This document shows positions 50,479 through 63,539 of a DNA stretch of 64,000 bases, in pieces (the stretch's first letter is position 1; the number at the start of each line of letters is the position of its first letter). A model generated the notes under the pieces. The model saw only the letters and a program-made list of their open reading frames with translations. It was not told where the DNA came from and ran no database searches. This DNA comes from Antedon mediterranea (Eukaryota; Animalia; Echinodermata), in contig NC_092678.1 in NCBI RefSeq assembly GCF_964355755.1, positions 17,997,365-18,061,364 on the forward strand, read 5' to 3'. The translations under genes and the position numbers were made by a program.

Positions 50479-51819
50479 TACGTTTAAAAGAACAAGCGAT
50501 AGACCACAATTTACATTCCATTACCGTATGTGTTCTACTTTTCGCGCGCCCACTTAATTATAATTATTTTACACCTACACCAATTAAAATATTTTCTATT
50601 TAATAATGATGCGATATGTCTTAATGAGTGATTTTTTTACCCACGCTTTATTATAATCCTTGCATGCATCGTATACCATAAAATCTTAATCATGTATTCA
50701 ATATATAATGCGCGCGGATTGATACACGACGCGGGGTGCGCAAAGTAATTATTAAAATAGGTTTATTGTACTATTGTAAACACATTAAAGTGATGATTAA
50801 AATTAATCATGCGCTAAAACACAGCCGTGTGCACACATATTATTTTTATTGCTGTTCACAAACAGAAACATAGTCACTCTCATAACACTTGATTCTTGTG
50901 CTACAGACAATAAACTGCACCCACAGTGTCTTGTCAGCAGTTTCTTATGAGTCTTTTTCCCGCATGGGTTACTGTTCGTAAGTATTGTGGCTGAGCCTGT
51001 TTGTGTAAAATTAAAATGATGAGACTCGAAACGTGTATTATTTGTTTTTTCAGAATATACCATCGCTCTGAACTAACCATTAAACTAAACCTTCTCGAAT
51101 ACAGCCACCATATGTGATAGTGTATTATGGAATTTGCCTATGATACTGCGCAGATATTGTTATAATGTCGAGATACAACATTGAGAATCGTGTACAGAGA
51201 AAGACAAAATCATTTATGTTATCCAGAAACATTCAATTATTTTTCCTATTAACATATTCTAATATGAAAATATCCTTTGGGAGAAATAGAGTGTGAGGGG
51301 GTAGTTCAAATGGTATAATTACGTTTCCAATAATAATGCTTTAGGGAAAATGGGGATCGAACCTAGGATTAATGATTCTCAACCTCTGCCCCCATAATCC
51401 CAACGCTCATTTAAACACTTTGATCTTTCCGTTTCTGTTATAAATTGTATTGCGAAGGTGCATAACCTATTCGTAGTCACTTAAACATCTGGAAATAGAT
51501 GATACATAATATTACTAAAAGTGTCATCAACGTAGGCCTAAGCATTAGAAAACAGTAGACTCGTCTATAGTTATCGGGGACGGACAAAATGTCCTCTTGG
51601 TAGGGTTATTTGATGAGGTGCTAACCCATATTTTCTCTCATTCGTTTCGCTGGCAAGTGTTTCCTAAATAGGGGTGTCCCCTGAATAATTGTGTCCCCTG
51701 AATAGCGACATTATCGGTTCAGTTTTTTCCCTTATTTTTTTTTAGGCAAGTCAAGGTATGAGCATAAAAGAAATGTGATGGATTTATTAAACATAAACGT
51801 ATTATAATTGTATGAAATA

Positions 51820-52480
51820 AATATGCATGTAGATGAAAAAAAAAAACAAAAACAACTAATGTAAGAAAAAATAAGCTTTGTTAATGAAAATGTGTTATAG
51901 ATAATATGTATAAAAAGAGGAAACTATGTAATCAATGTGGTTAAATGATAATGTATGTATAAACAAAATAATATATGGAAATAGTTTTTTTTTTTAAAGA
52001 AAATAAGTAAAAAAAAAAAAAAGTGGAATGAATCCACATAAGAGAAGAAAGTAAAAAAGTTAAATGAAAATTTAAGAAGTTATAGATGCAAAAAAGGATC
52101 TGCTGGTTTTGTAAACATTAAAGAACAAAAATATTAATATTAATGTTAAAGGATGAGAACAATATTATGTTAACAGTAAACATGTAGTAAGTAATGAGTA
52201 TAACAGAGAATATGCATTGTTAAATGAAAATGTGGTAGATGAAAAAATCAAAAACAACTACGTAAGAAAAAAAAAAGCTTGTTAATGAAAATGTGTTACA
52301 GATAATATGTTTAATCAATGTGATAATATGTAAACAAATGAATAAATAAGTATATGTATACAGATGATTAAACAAACATTGTAAATATAATGATATGTAT
52401 AGTGTATAGTGAAAAATATATGTAAAGAGAACAGTGGTTTGGAAATAAAAGTGGGATGAACCCACATAAGATAAAAAAAA
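51820..52480. repeat. A-rich diverged direct duplication (~410-bp offset)
   Basis: GTAGATGAAAAAA..AAAAACAACTA..GTAAGAAAAAA..TGTTAATGAAAATGTGTTA and GTGG.ATGAA.CCACATAAGA each occur twice. Confidence 0.7.
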
Positions 52481-53531
52481 AAAAGAAATGTGTATGTGTA
52501 TAGGAGTGTCCCAAATTAGAGGTAATTCTGTTGCATGCCTTTTGTTTAGTATTATTACAGCAAAAAAAAAAAATAATTTTTCAAAATAATTGTTTACGAG
52601 TTAAAATGGGAAATAATTAATTATGAACTGTTTTATAAGTTGTTTTGTGACTGTGCAATTTGGTAGTAGTCACTCTCGTACTGTACATTTAAAAGTAACA
52701 CATCCAAATGCCAACTTTAAGTCAATGGCTACCAGATGTCTCTGTGAGGCGGTTATTTGAACCAGTACCAGTACCATATTATCGTTTCTTGTCAAAAATG
52801 TTATTTGGTTACTAAATTCATTAAACAATGTGTGTATACCGTACGTATATATTTATTATAAGTTTAACTAAATATAGTTTGATGACTGCATACTTGTTGT
52901 GTAGACGCGCCTGTGTTTTTTTTAACATGTTTTATAAATATGTAAAATTCATTGCCAAGTCTCCGATGTTAATTAAGCACATGGTTTTTTTGTAAAAGCA
53001 TTATATTAAAAATGTAGATGTTTGTTTTTTTTGCTGGTACCATGCGTCTGTACTATTTTAAATATATATTTTAGCAGATAATGAATAATTGAAAGTACTT
53101 AAGTACAACTAAAGGTCAACTTGATTATAAATAATAATTATAAGAAACGTTAGAAGTGTTTCTTATAGTTACATCTTCCGCAAACACACTATTCCCAAGT
53201 TGCTATAATTAGCCGGTTTCATGTTTCCCGACAATCAACACATTTTTAAATGAATATGGGCCCCCGGAGGGTTGTATGAAAGCATAAATTATTAGCCGCG
53301 TTATCAAGATGTTCGTTAGATCAGACAATAGAACTAAACATATGAAAATACAAAGGCAATCAGGAAATCCATCAGGAACAACGAACAAACGAATAACCTC
53401 AATGAGCTTAATATAGTCTGTGAAAATAATCATTAAATATTCAGTGTGTAGGTATGTGCCTTTTGAATTGTAAACAATAAAGATATGCATTCAAGGTTTT
53501 TGGATGAATGTTTAGTTCAAATAATGTTTAC

Positions 53532-53660
53532 AGGGTTTGTTCCCATAGGACGCAACGCAAGGACTTAAGCGCAACGCTAGTGATTTGACCAATCACAAGC
53601 GATGGATTATACGAACTGTTTGCGTTTACCTGCTTGCGTTCTGTTATAGTGTGAAGCTAG
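53532..53660. mobile_element. MITE family A, degenerate copy
   Basis: GTTCCCATAGGACGCAACGCAAGGAC...TTGACCAATCACAAGCGATGGATTAT. Confidence 0.7.
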
Positions 53661-53678
53661 CCTACGCTAGAATTCTAG

Positions 53679-54469
53679 AGCTCTGTCTACACTAATCATT
53701 TATTTTGACAAAAACAAGTTTGGTAGTGATATAAAGTAATTATATCCATTTTGGGCATATCACATTTTTTTTGTCATATAAAGTTTGATTGTGTAAAATG
53801 CACTTATGCATGTGTAAACAGAGCTTTAGAGAGGTTAAGTGCTATAAGGAAGTATAAGTTGAGGATAGGTGGTACGCTTGAGGTAGCGAGATAACAGAAT
53901 AAAACTGACTTTGATCAACAAAGATCCATTGAACAATTGTAATTTACATTTTAGAACCAACCTGATCATTTTAGTTCTGTGAATCCGTCAGTCCAGTCTA
54001 AATCTATAAATTTTTCCCTGGTCAGTCTAAAGCTCTGTCTACACTATCACATTTTATGTGACAAACAGATGCGATATGCCCATATATGTACATGATGAAA
54101 TATCATTACTATTTGGTATATCACTACCATATTTGGGCATATCACACTTTTTTGATAGTGTAGAGCCTAAGTATTACCAACAACTTCGTAAAAATTATAA
54201 TTATAATTGACAATGTAAGCATATCTACTTATTTATCCACACCTTTTCTGTTTTACCCCATTATGCAGCCGTCAGTAAATACATCTTAATTGATTATCGT
54301 CATTGAGATACACATCAGGTTTAAGCCTTTTTAAACTTCATGTGACAAACAAATGTAATATACCCATGGAAATTATGCTGTTATATCACCATATACCATA
54401 TTTGGGCATATTACTGCCATATTTGGGAACATCACACTTATTTGTCAAACTAGTTTGAGTGAGACAGAC
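53679..54469. mobile_element. Cluster of three family B MITEs (53679-53825, 54031-54167, ~54324-54469)
   Basis: AGCTCTGTCTACAC starts, ATGTGACAAACA and ACCATATTTGGGCATAT internal motifs. Confidence 0.8.
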
Positions 54470-56371
54470 CGTGGTAGTGATATCAACGTCTTGAAACTTG
54501 CAGAAGGAAGACAACAAAACATAAAACAAACGTAACAAATCAATAATACATATCATGTGTTTTGAACGTCATCGAATTCCTAAATGCTCTGCGCATGCAC
54601 TGACAAAAAAAATAACATCAAGATGAGCAAGTTTTAAGCTGTGGTTTTCTTCACAATCATTTGTACTTTCACAGTTAAACTAATATTTTTCCGGCTACAC
54701 TGGGAATTAAATAGAAACGACTTGATATGATACCTAGGGATTTATTTAATCAGTCTATGTGTATTTTACTTAGGCAATGCCGACTGAGGTAATCAAACTG
54801 TGCATTTTATCTTGTCAAGACTTCGTAAAAACAGCTGCCGATATTTTTATGCTTGATGTTTAATTAAGATTTTGAGCGCTATCTACACAGCATTATCTGT
54901 TGACATTTGTATTTTAGTTTCTTCAACTCCTCATTGACAATCGTTAGTAAAAGAAAACAAATATATAAAAGTGTATTGAAGCTGGTTCTACCAGTCTCTA
55001 GTAAAAGTACCCCGTTTTGTATATGTGATGGCGCTAGTAACTCTCCGTTATGCATGAGTAAATAATGTATTGACGTATATGTGATGGCGCTAGTTACTCA
55101 CCGTTATGCATGATTGATTAAAAATGACTTAATGCATGAACGCTATTGGTACGTTGCGGGTATTAATTAAAATGTATTTTCATGTTATTAATAGCTTCGT
55201 TATTGAATTTAAAATTAATAGGTCTACAATTTAAAGCTGAATTATAAAATTAAAAAAAACCGTTGCAGTTATTGATCTCCTGAACCTACCTTAGTGGTTA
55301 GTCCCATGGGCCTACTATGGAATGGCCACAATAGGACTATGATCCTTCATATTACATTTGAGATATATTTACCTGGTGAAAACCTACTGCATTGGTCATT
55401 AGTTATTTTTTTTAAAATAATTTATACCTTTTGCCCAAACGACGTTGTCTGTTCTTGGAAATTCGTCTACTTAAATTTGAATAGTATCACATTTATCAAT
55501 TAGTATATCTAACCAATCACGTGTACCCAATACAGAGTAGTTACATTTTGTGAAATGAATTGAAATGTTTGCTATCTTATCCTTAGATAAAGATGTTTGC
55601 CCTAAAGACAGTGTTTAATCAGTCTGTTGATTGGAACATCAAGTGACTCATCATCAGAGATATAAAGGCGTCAACATTCCGTTGTTGTATTAATAATGCT
55701 TATATATTATATGATAACAAATTCATGAGGGTTTTCGGATTGCACACTACGGTGTAGAGTTGTTTATTTGTTTGACATTTATCTGACATTTTACGGGGCG
55801 CCTTTTTATTTTTAAGTGTTAGGACGTGTTAGATGTGTGTATTCTCTTGTTAGTAGTCTTTCATAGTAATGGAATATAAAGGCATTAAGTGTAACCAATT
55901 ATGTATAAGTGTTTGGACGTGTTTTTCCGTTTTGAGTATTTTCTTTTTATTCTCCCAAAGTAATGGGATTCTCCATCCCCAGTGCCTTTCTAAAATCCTA
56001 AAAATTTATGGTTTCAAATCTTCTAAAATGTGATTATGAGCGCCATTCAACATATGCCTATGACATTGGTTGATGCATCTTTCGAAAGCAATAATTGGTA
56101 ACCTGATGTTTTTTTTTCAATAATATATTTAATGTTATTTATTATTAACTTGACATTTTTAACTGACTAACGCTTATTAATAGAATTGTAATTAATATCT
56201 GTTTTCGTTATAGAGGATGTTGTTGTTTTTGTCGGGAAAGATTTTTTTTTAATTGAACCCGAAACCCGTTCATTACAAACTACAATGTACAATGTTTTTT
56301 GGTTTTCTCGCATCAGTAACTTCATAATATTTCAACTCTGGTGGCGCTGTTTCAATTATTATTATTATTAA

Positions 56372-56688
56372 ACATGTAACACGTTAAAAAGAAAGTATAG
56401 AAATGACTTATGGACGAAAAAAATAATGTTGTGTATCATGCGTTATTCACTGTAAACAGGTTAAAAAGAAAAAAGAAAGTATGGAAATGACTTATGGACG
56501 AATAAAATAATGTTGCATATAGTGCGTTATTCACTGTAAACACGTTAAGAAGAAAGAATGAAAATTACTTATGGACGAATAAAATAATGTTGTATCAAGC
56601 GTTATTCACTGTAAACACGTAAGGAAGAACATAAAGAAATGACTTATAGACAAATAAAATAATGTTGCATCATGCGTTATTCACTGTT
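56372..56688. repeat. ~75-85-bp tandem repeat, 4 copies
   Basis: GAAAT(G/T)ACTTAT(G/A)GAC...ATAATGTTG...GCGTTATTCACTGT occurs 4 times. Confidence 0.92.
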
Positions 56689-57214
56689 TTATCAGAGTCA
56701 ACGTCTTCTTTGGTTACATGTACTGTTCATTAATTTTGCAATTTCTTATGCCCGAATGTAGGCCATATTGAGTCCATTAGTCAATAATTCAAGTACTTTT
56801 TGATTTGGATATATATCTCTTAATCAATTCTTTAAATTGGTTCTGACAGAGAGAAAAAAATATCGTCAATTGAGCCATTTGGATTTTGTAAAAACCCTAC
56901 AAACCGAACGTGAGCCATAACGATTTTCTAAGCCCCTTCAAAGAGTATTGAGTTTATCTTGGTATATCTCCTAACCATCTAAAACTCGATTTTAATAGCT
57001 TAAAATATCTTATAAAACCATTTAATTGGAACTTGTAGCTGATGTTAAACCATGTTTGTCTTGTAAAAACGAGAGAACGAGCGTCGAACTGATCGCCTGC
57101 AAATCTTTAAGTCCAAGTTACAAATCTTCAAGATACATAATTTTGTTACAGTCAAAGGACGCCAAGATACACTAGATAAAATATTAATAATAGGCCTTGT
57201 AATGGAAGGAGACA

Positions 57215-57346
57215 TTTTTAGTCGCGTGCAAACACGACTCTACAGCTCACTATGTCGGTCGGTTGGTCTGTCGGTCGGTCGGTTGGTCGGTCGGTTGGTC
57301 AGTAATCACTACCGGTAACGACTGCAGCCATGTATATGGCCTTATT
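57215..57346 (+). mobile_element. HINE-like element
   Basis: TTTTTAGTCGCGTGC, (GTCG)n, CGACTGCAGCCATGTATATGGCCTT. Confidence 0.75.
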
Positions 57347-57875
57347 TTCTCTTGTGGAGGATCATACATATTTTTCCTTTCTATTACTTACACAAAGTAT
57401 CATTGGGTATCACATCATATTTATCTTTTTTTCTGATATATTTATATTTCGTAGTACATTATCATACCATAGAATACGCCTACATTGATGTTTGCTATAA
57501 TGTTATATTGTAGTGTCAATTTTAACCGTAGGAAACTGTTTTATATTGTAACGTTGGTGGAAGTGTAAACTCCTTACCAAAATGTTTATCTATAGTGACA
57601 AATTCGTCATGGCCGCCATTTCGTGTGATATTAGAACAATCCAAACAAGTACAGTCTATTTGTATGTATGACATTTCGACATCTTTCCTTTTCACAAGTA
57701 TCCACCAATTTGAGAAAGCGATCTCTCTGATACAATGGGTATACTTATACAGATACATTTATATATAAGTATATTGGCTGTGAACCATAATGAAATGGCA
57801 GAGATATTAATGACTATTTTGGAATCAACGGATTTCTGAAATCCAGTATGACCATAGAAGAAGGTATCGGCTTTA

Positions 57876-58027
57876 AGCCTTGTCCCTTCATGTGACAACA
57901 AAATGCGATGTGCCCATATATGGACATGCTGATGTCATATTACTACCATATTTGGACATATCACTACCCTGTTTGGGCACATCAGACTGTTTTTTTGTAA
58001 AACGTGTTTGATAGTGTACACAGAGCT
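57876..58027. mobile_element. MITE family B
   Basis: AGCCTTGTC ... GATAGTGTACACAGAGCT; TSD TTA/TTA. Confidence 0.85.
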
Positions 58028-59196
58028 TTACATACAAGCTTGCGAAAGAAATTCCGATTGTGTAAAAAATGGTAATATTGTATTGGTGTTTATGGTGCTT
58101 TCTGTAGTTTTAAAATTAAGGAATTTGTGTAAGCCATTTAAAGATAAACAAAGCACATGGCTGCGTACTGGGATTTTAAACGTATTTTAAAAGACTCTTT
58201 CCAGTCTATTTGGTTTTTGTTACCTTTTAAGCAATTTTGTAATTGTATTTATGAATTTGGCGTAAGTTATTAAAGGATTAGTAGACTTATTTCTACAAAT
58301 ATGAGCGTCTTTATTTGTTTTCAGGTAGATTGTTGTTCACACTACGCTACTCGCCACAACAATTCATAGTTTTGTTGAAAGAGTACAATAGTATGATTCT
58401 ATTGTATCAGAATAAAGACCATGATTCCGTTGTGTTAAAGTGAATTTTAAAATGTGTTTTTGTTGTAGTTTGTGAACAATGCTCTGTTGACGGTGCTTTA
58501 CTGCTTTAAGTATAAAGCTTTACTCTATTCAGCTTCTCCAATTTCGCGTATAAGTTCTCCGTCGCCAAGTGAAAACAATACGTTTCTTTATAAGTTTTTA
58601 AGAAATGGTAATCGCTGTTAATGGAATCTCCATATATAGACCTGTTAGTTATGCGTTGTTTTCTTATACGATAATTACGTTGAAATGCACAACAAATTTT
58701 CTTGACTAGGTCTATAATAGTATTTTTACGTTTATGTCTTCGTTATGGAATTGATACTGTTAGTTATGAGTTTTTGCTTATAAAATAATTTCGTTGAAAT
58801 GCAAAACAACTTTGTTTAATAGGTCTATAGAAAAACACTTTTACTTTTATTCTCTTTGTTTTATGTTATGGCAATCACCGTTATGGCATTACCATAATTA
58901 TATAAACCTTTCGTTTATGGTGTATAATAGGCCTATTGAAAAACAGTTTTACTTTTATTCTCTTTGTTCTGTTGCAGTCTCGATTTCCCGCACATTATTA
59001 ATTATGGTTTTAATATATCTTTCATTTTCATTCAGTCGCATTTTTTCTATGTTAGTTATGGTTTATGCAATAGCGTTGCACCTAATTTTTAAGTCCAAGT
59101 TACAAATCTTCAAGATACATCATTTTGTTACAGTCAAAGGACGCCAAGATACACTAGATAATATATTAATAATAGGCCTAGTAATGGAAGGAGACA

Positions 59197-59323
59197 TTTT
59201 TAGTTTTTGCAAACACGACTCTATAGTTCACTATGTCGGTCGGTCGGTCTGTCGGTCTGTCTGTCGGTCTGTCTGTCGGTCCGGTATCACTATGCATTTT
59301 AGCACGCGACTTATGGCCTTGTT
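59197..59323 (+). mobile_element. HINE-like element with variant 3' end
   Basis: TTTTTAG..., (GTCG/GTCT)n, GCACGCGACTTATGGCCTTGTT. Confidence 0.7.
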
Positions 59324-61221
59324 TTGAAACGCTTACATTATACCGAACATTATGTTATCCCCTCTATTTTCTATGGTTTCAGAGTAGGCCTATACTGAAA
59401 ATAGTAACAATTTTCGAGGATATATTGATAATTGTTTGTACTGTAATTCCCGAAAATATTTGTCATGTATTTATGAGTTGAAAAAAACCTGATTACAGCC
59501 ATGGTGTAATATACTGTTTTTTGAATTTCTTTTGAGTGTTTAAATCATGAAACACAAGATGATTAGGCCTTCATATGACATCATCATGTTCATAGGCATG
59601 TCGCACTATTTGAGCATGGAAAATATCTCATGGTTCGGATCAAAATGAAAATATAACTTCCTTTGATTTCGCTTTGTCAAATTCAAATAGTCTTTTTGAG
59701 TCGTCTTGGTATCGCAAGGGTAGTATTATCATATTTGGTATATATGGTATTTTAATAATTAATTAATTGACCTAAGGTTAATTAGGCATACTCATTATAA
59801 ATCTTCTTGTCCAAGTCTAATGATTTATAGGATCGACGATTAGTTTTTTAGTTAAAGGTGTTGAATAATGACAGAATTAACCAATATAATGTCACGTACC
59901 ATAGTGTGCATTGAAAGGGCTAATTGACTTTAGTTGAAAATTGGTCTTAATCAAAATCTTTATAATAACAGGACTTACACATGGTGATAGATATTTCCAT
60001 AACGTGAGATTATAGGAATGTATCTCGCCCAAAAATGACTTCCATACATTTTTACATAAGACAATTAAAATTATATTTTAAAATAGAAAAAAATACCATA
60101 AATTAAACAAATTAATTAAAATCAATAAAATCAACATGCGGTACGTATTGTTTGTCATTAATTTTGTTCTTTTACTCTATCCGCTAATGACTACCCTGGG
60201 TACCAAGGTTCTGGGCTGTTTCAGTCGAACATGCAGACGAAAATCCCTTTCTGTTGACAAACGAAACAAATCCTTTAAAAATTCATGACATTTTGAACTC
60301 AATAATATCCTGACGACACGTAGGCCTTAAAATAATGACAACAAAAAACACTTATACTTCATTTACAATATCTGGCTTTTTACAATAGCATAACGTGATA
60401 GGTCTCGCGCGCGTACCCGCAATGAACCCCGAGTATAAACATTTCTCTGTGTTTATGCATTACGTCACCCTATTAATTAATCATGCATAACGGAGTGTAA
60501 CAAGCGTCATCACATACCTATACACAAGATATTTCTTTTTTTTTAAATACGATATTAATTAAGCTGTGTATGTTCGTAATACAGTATTATTATCATACGT
60601 CTGATTTAAGTAGTTGTCAACTCTATGGAGAGCAGTGACCCTTCGTAGGCTAATAATTCTGCTGAAAGATGCCACGAGCTCCTTGTAAACTCGCACTCAT
60701 TTCTACACTGACACATCCTCTCAGCTTATTGATAGTATTCGCCAGCCTAAGGCTATAACGTATTAATAAAAATGTATCTCATTAAAAACTTTTATATCAA
60801 AAATCAAATTTGAATTACTTTTGACATTGAACCCATTCGTGAAAGGTCGAGAGTTTCTTAAATTACCCTTATTGTTTATTGATTAGACACAGTGCGGATT
60901 GATAAAAAAAAACACTATGACTCGAATAACCAATTTGTGTTTCTAATGAGTTCTTTCGTTTTCTCCTGAGCCTCATTTTGAATTAATTTTCAAAAAGCAG
61001 GTCACAGGTCAATGAGTGTCATACATACCTTTCGTTTGAACATCAATGTACGATGAATAATGATTTTTATGTTAGAATTCTGATGTCTTAAACATTCAAT
61101 ATTTTTGATAAAAACACAGCATAGCATACAATTCATCATATTTGTATTGAATGAGTAAATACAGCGTATAGCATATTTTTACCCGATTCTCGGTACTCTC
61201 CAGATATGGCAATTGTTTACT

Positions 61222-61348
61222 CAGTATCATAGGACAATTGCGTCATACAGCATCTAATATGTATCACATGTGATGCCTGTATCATAGGTTAGGTTATGAT
61301 CATGATAAGCGATACATGTGAAACACATGTGATGCTCTTATGATACTG
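61222..61348. mobile_element. Small TIR element with TCACATGTGA cores (related copies ~6090-6210 and ~45115-45200)
   Basis: CAGTATCATA ... TATGATACTG; ATGTATCACATGTGA shared among all three copies. Confidence 0.55.
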
Positions 61349-61503
61349 CAATGTGACAATCTAGATACACGTATCGAAAATAATTATTATTTAACCCCAA
61401 AAAACTGTTCACCCTTACAACTAAATTCAAACCGACATCCAATAATATATTACACGTTCGCAACCTTCGAATACTACGATAACTAAACGTATACGTAACA
61501 TAA

Positions 61504-61661
61504 AGTTTGGTTGTCACTAGCGACTCAACGCAAGGACGTAACGCAACGCAAGCGAGTTGACCAATCACAAGCGATGGATTATTCGAACAGTCGCTTGTGA
61601 TTGGTCAACTCGCTTGCGTTGCGTCTACTTCTTGCGTTGCGTTGCTAGTGGGAACCACGCT
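61504..61661. mobile_element. MITE family A, 158 bp
   Basis: AGTTTGGTTGTCACTAG ... CTAGTGGGAACCACGCT; TSD TAA/TAA; nearly fully palindromic. Confidence 0.9.
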
Positions 61662-63539
61662 TAAACGTGTTCAATTCCGTAGACCGGTAAATTCCGAGTT
61701 ACGATTTACAATTATCACAAACATTTGGAAGTTCTATACTATAATACACGACTCTCCAACATGTTATGCTCAAAAGGAGTTAAAACCGTCAGATGGTTTA
61801 AAATGGCAGAGTTACAAAGGTATGTATTTTACGTTTAGTTATAACGGATACGGAATATTTTTTTACACGGCCGGCTGCTACGTCACGTATCGGTCAACCG
61901 GTCGTTATACTGCATACGTTATTTCCGGTTTACATATTTTTTTTGTAACGAAAATTCTTTTTAAATTACAGACCGTTCTCATTATATAGCAGATCTAAAA
62001 AAAACTATCACACTATAAATTTAATGGTAATTTATTTAAACTCGACTGACCTTTTATTAATTATTTATTGTCAATTGGATACACATTTATGCCTATATAG
62101 TACGAATCGTGACGCAGATTATTCACAATTGGGTCAAAGGTGAGGCGATATATTTCTCGTTAATGACAAAAATATAGGCCTATCTGTGAATATCGAAATG
62201 GCAATTTATTAAATGCGGCAAACGCGTGCATCACCTATCGCACCCTGCTATTTCCTGATTAGCAAGATCTCCTTCAGGCCTAAAAATTACTTGCCTCATT
62301 GCATCATATATACTGACATAGATATGGAAACTAGCATACGAACTTTTTTTTCCAATTTGAATTAAGAGCGCATGCTCAGTAACGTCTACTAAATCACTTT
62401 CGTAAGTCAAGTAGAAGTCTATGTAAATATAGATTTTTATTACTCACTTTTATATGTCTCGCTGGTGTTGCTATCATTTCAAGCCATTCGAACGAAATGA
62501 AGCAGAAATCACAGAAGATGTAAATGTACTTGATCCTAATTGAACGAAATAAGACGTTAACTAACGGGGCTATGTTAAATGCCACATTTGATTTTATCGG
62601 CAAATTATAATATTGAGAATGATGAAAACCGAATACTGCACTACTATACTTACAGTATTCGTATTAAACTACTACATCTAGAGAGTGTTTCTAGGCTTAC
62701 TGCTGATGAGTCCGCAACTAATATTTAACTGGTCTGTACTCTGCGCTGCTACTTATTTCTGCTACTGCTTAGAACTAAAATTACAATATTCCGGCGCTGT
62801 TTATTCTGCTATAGTGGGAAATGCTACTTTTTAATGGTATATAACACCAACATAGATTCCTTTATTTTGTGGGTCACATGACATTTTTACACTCACATAG
62901 TGCAGTGTGTTCCCTTTTTTGTTGGCTTAAGACCGGACAGCGGGACTCATTTAACAACAGCATAACAGAGCGCATGCTACCGTGTGAGAGCTCTGTAAAT
63001 TATGTGAATATTATGTAACTATTACTGCTGAACTGACACTGTGTTTTTGTTTTTGCGACTGTTATTCTACTACTACCACTATTTCTGCTGGTAAATACTA
63101 AAGCTGCTATTTACCTCTGCTACTCATTGCTTTTGCAACTAGTAAATACAAATGTTACTACTAAAAAAACTAAAGTTGCTGTTTTGCTAATGCTAATGCA
63201 ACTGGCAAATAGCATTGCCACAAAATATACTGCTGTTATGCTGCTATTTCTACAGTTGATAAAATAGGGTACTTGGTACCTAACTGCTGCTACCATGCTA
63301 AAAACTAATTGTAATAGTTCTGCTACTGCAATGCTAGGTTTTATGCAACTGGTATAAATACCAATACCAGTTACTGTTTCTACTGTTACTTCAGCTAAAC
63401 ACTCTACTCATTCGGCTGCTGAAATGCTACTTCTGCAACTGGTTAATCCATGATACTAATTCGGCTGCTGAAATTCAACCTCTGAAACTAAAAGACGGAT
63501 TTTTTCTGAAATTAAACCACAGATATTTATGTAATCAGT

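Noticed and set aside
58794-59481. 177-aa and 82-aa ORFs
   Set aside because: Run through local duplications and a HINE microsatellite; no domain motifs
62449-62536. Possible - strand exon (acceptor TTCAATTAG, donor GTGAGT)
   Set aside because: Isolated, with no partner exons or recognisable peptide; insufficient support
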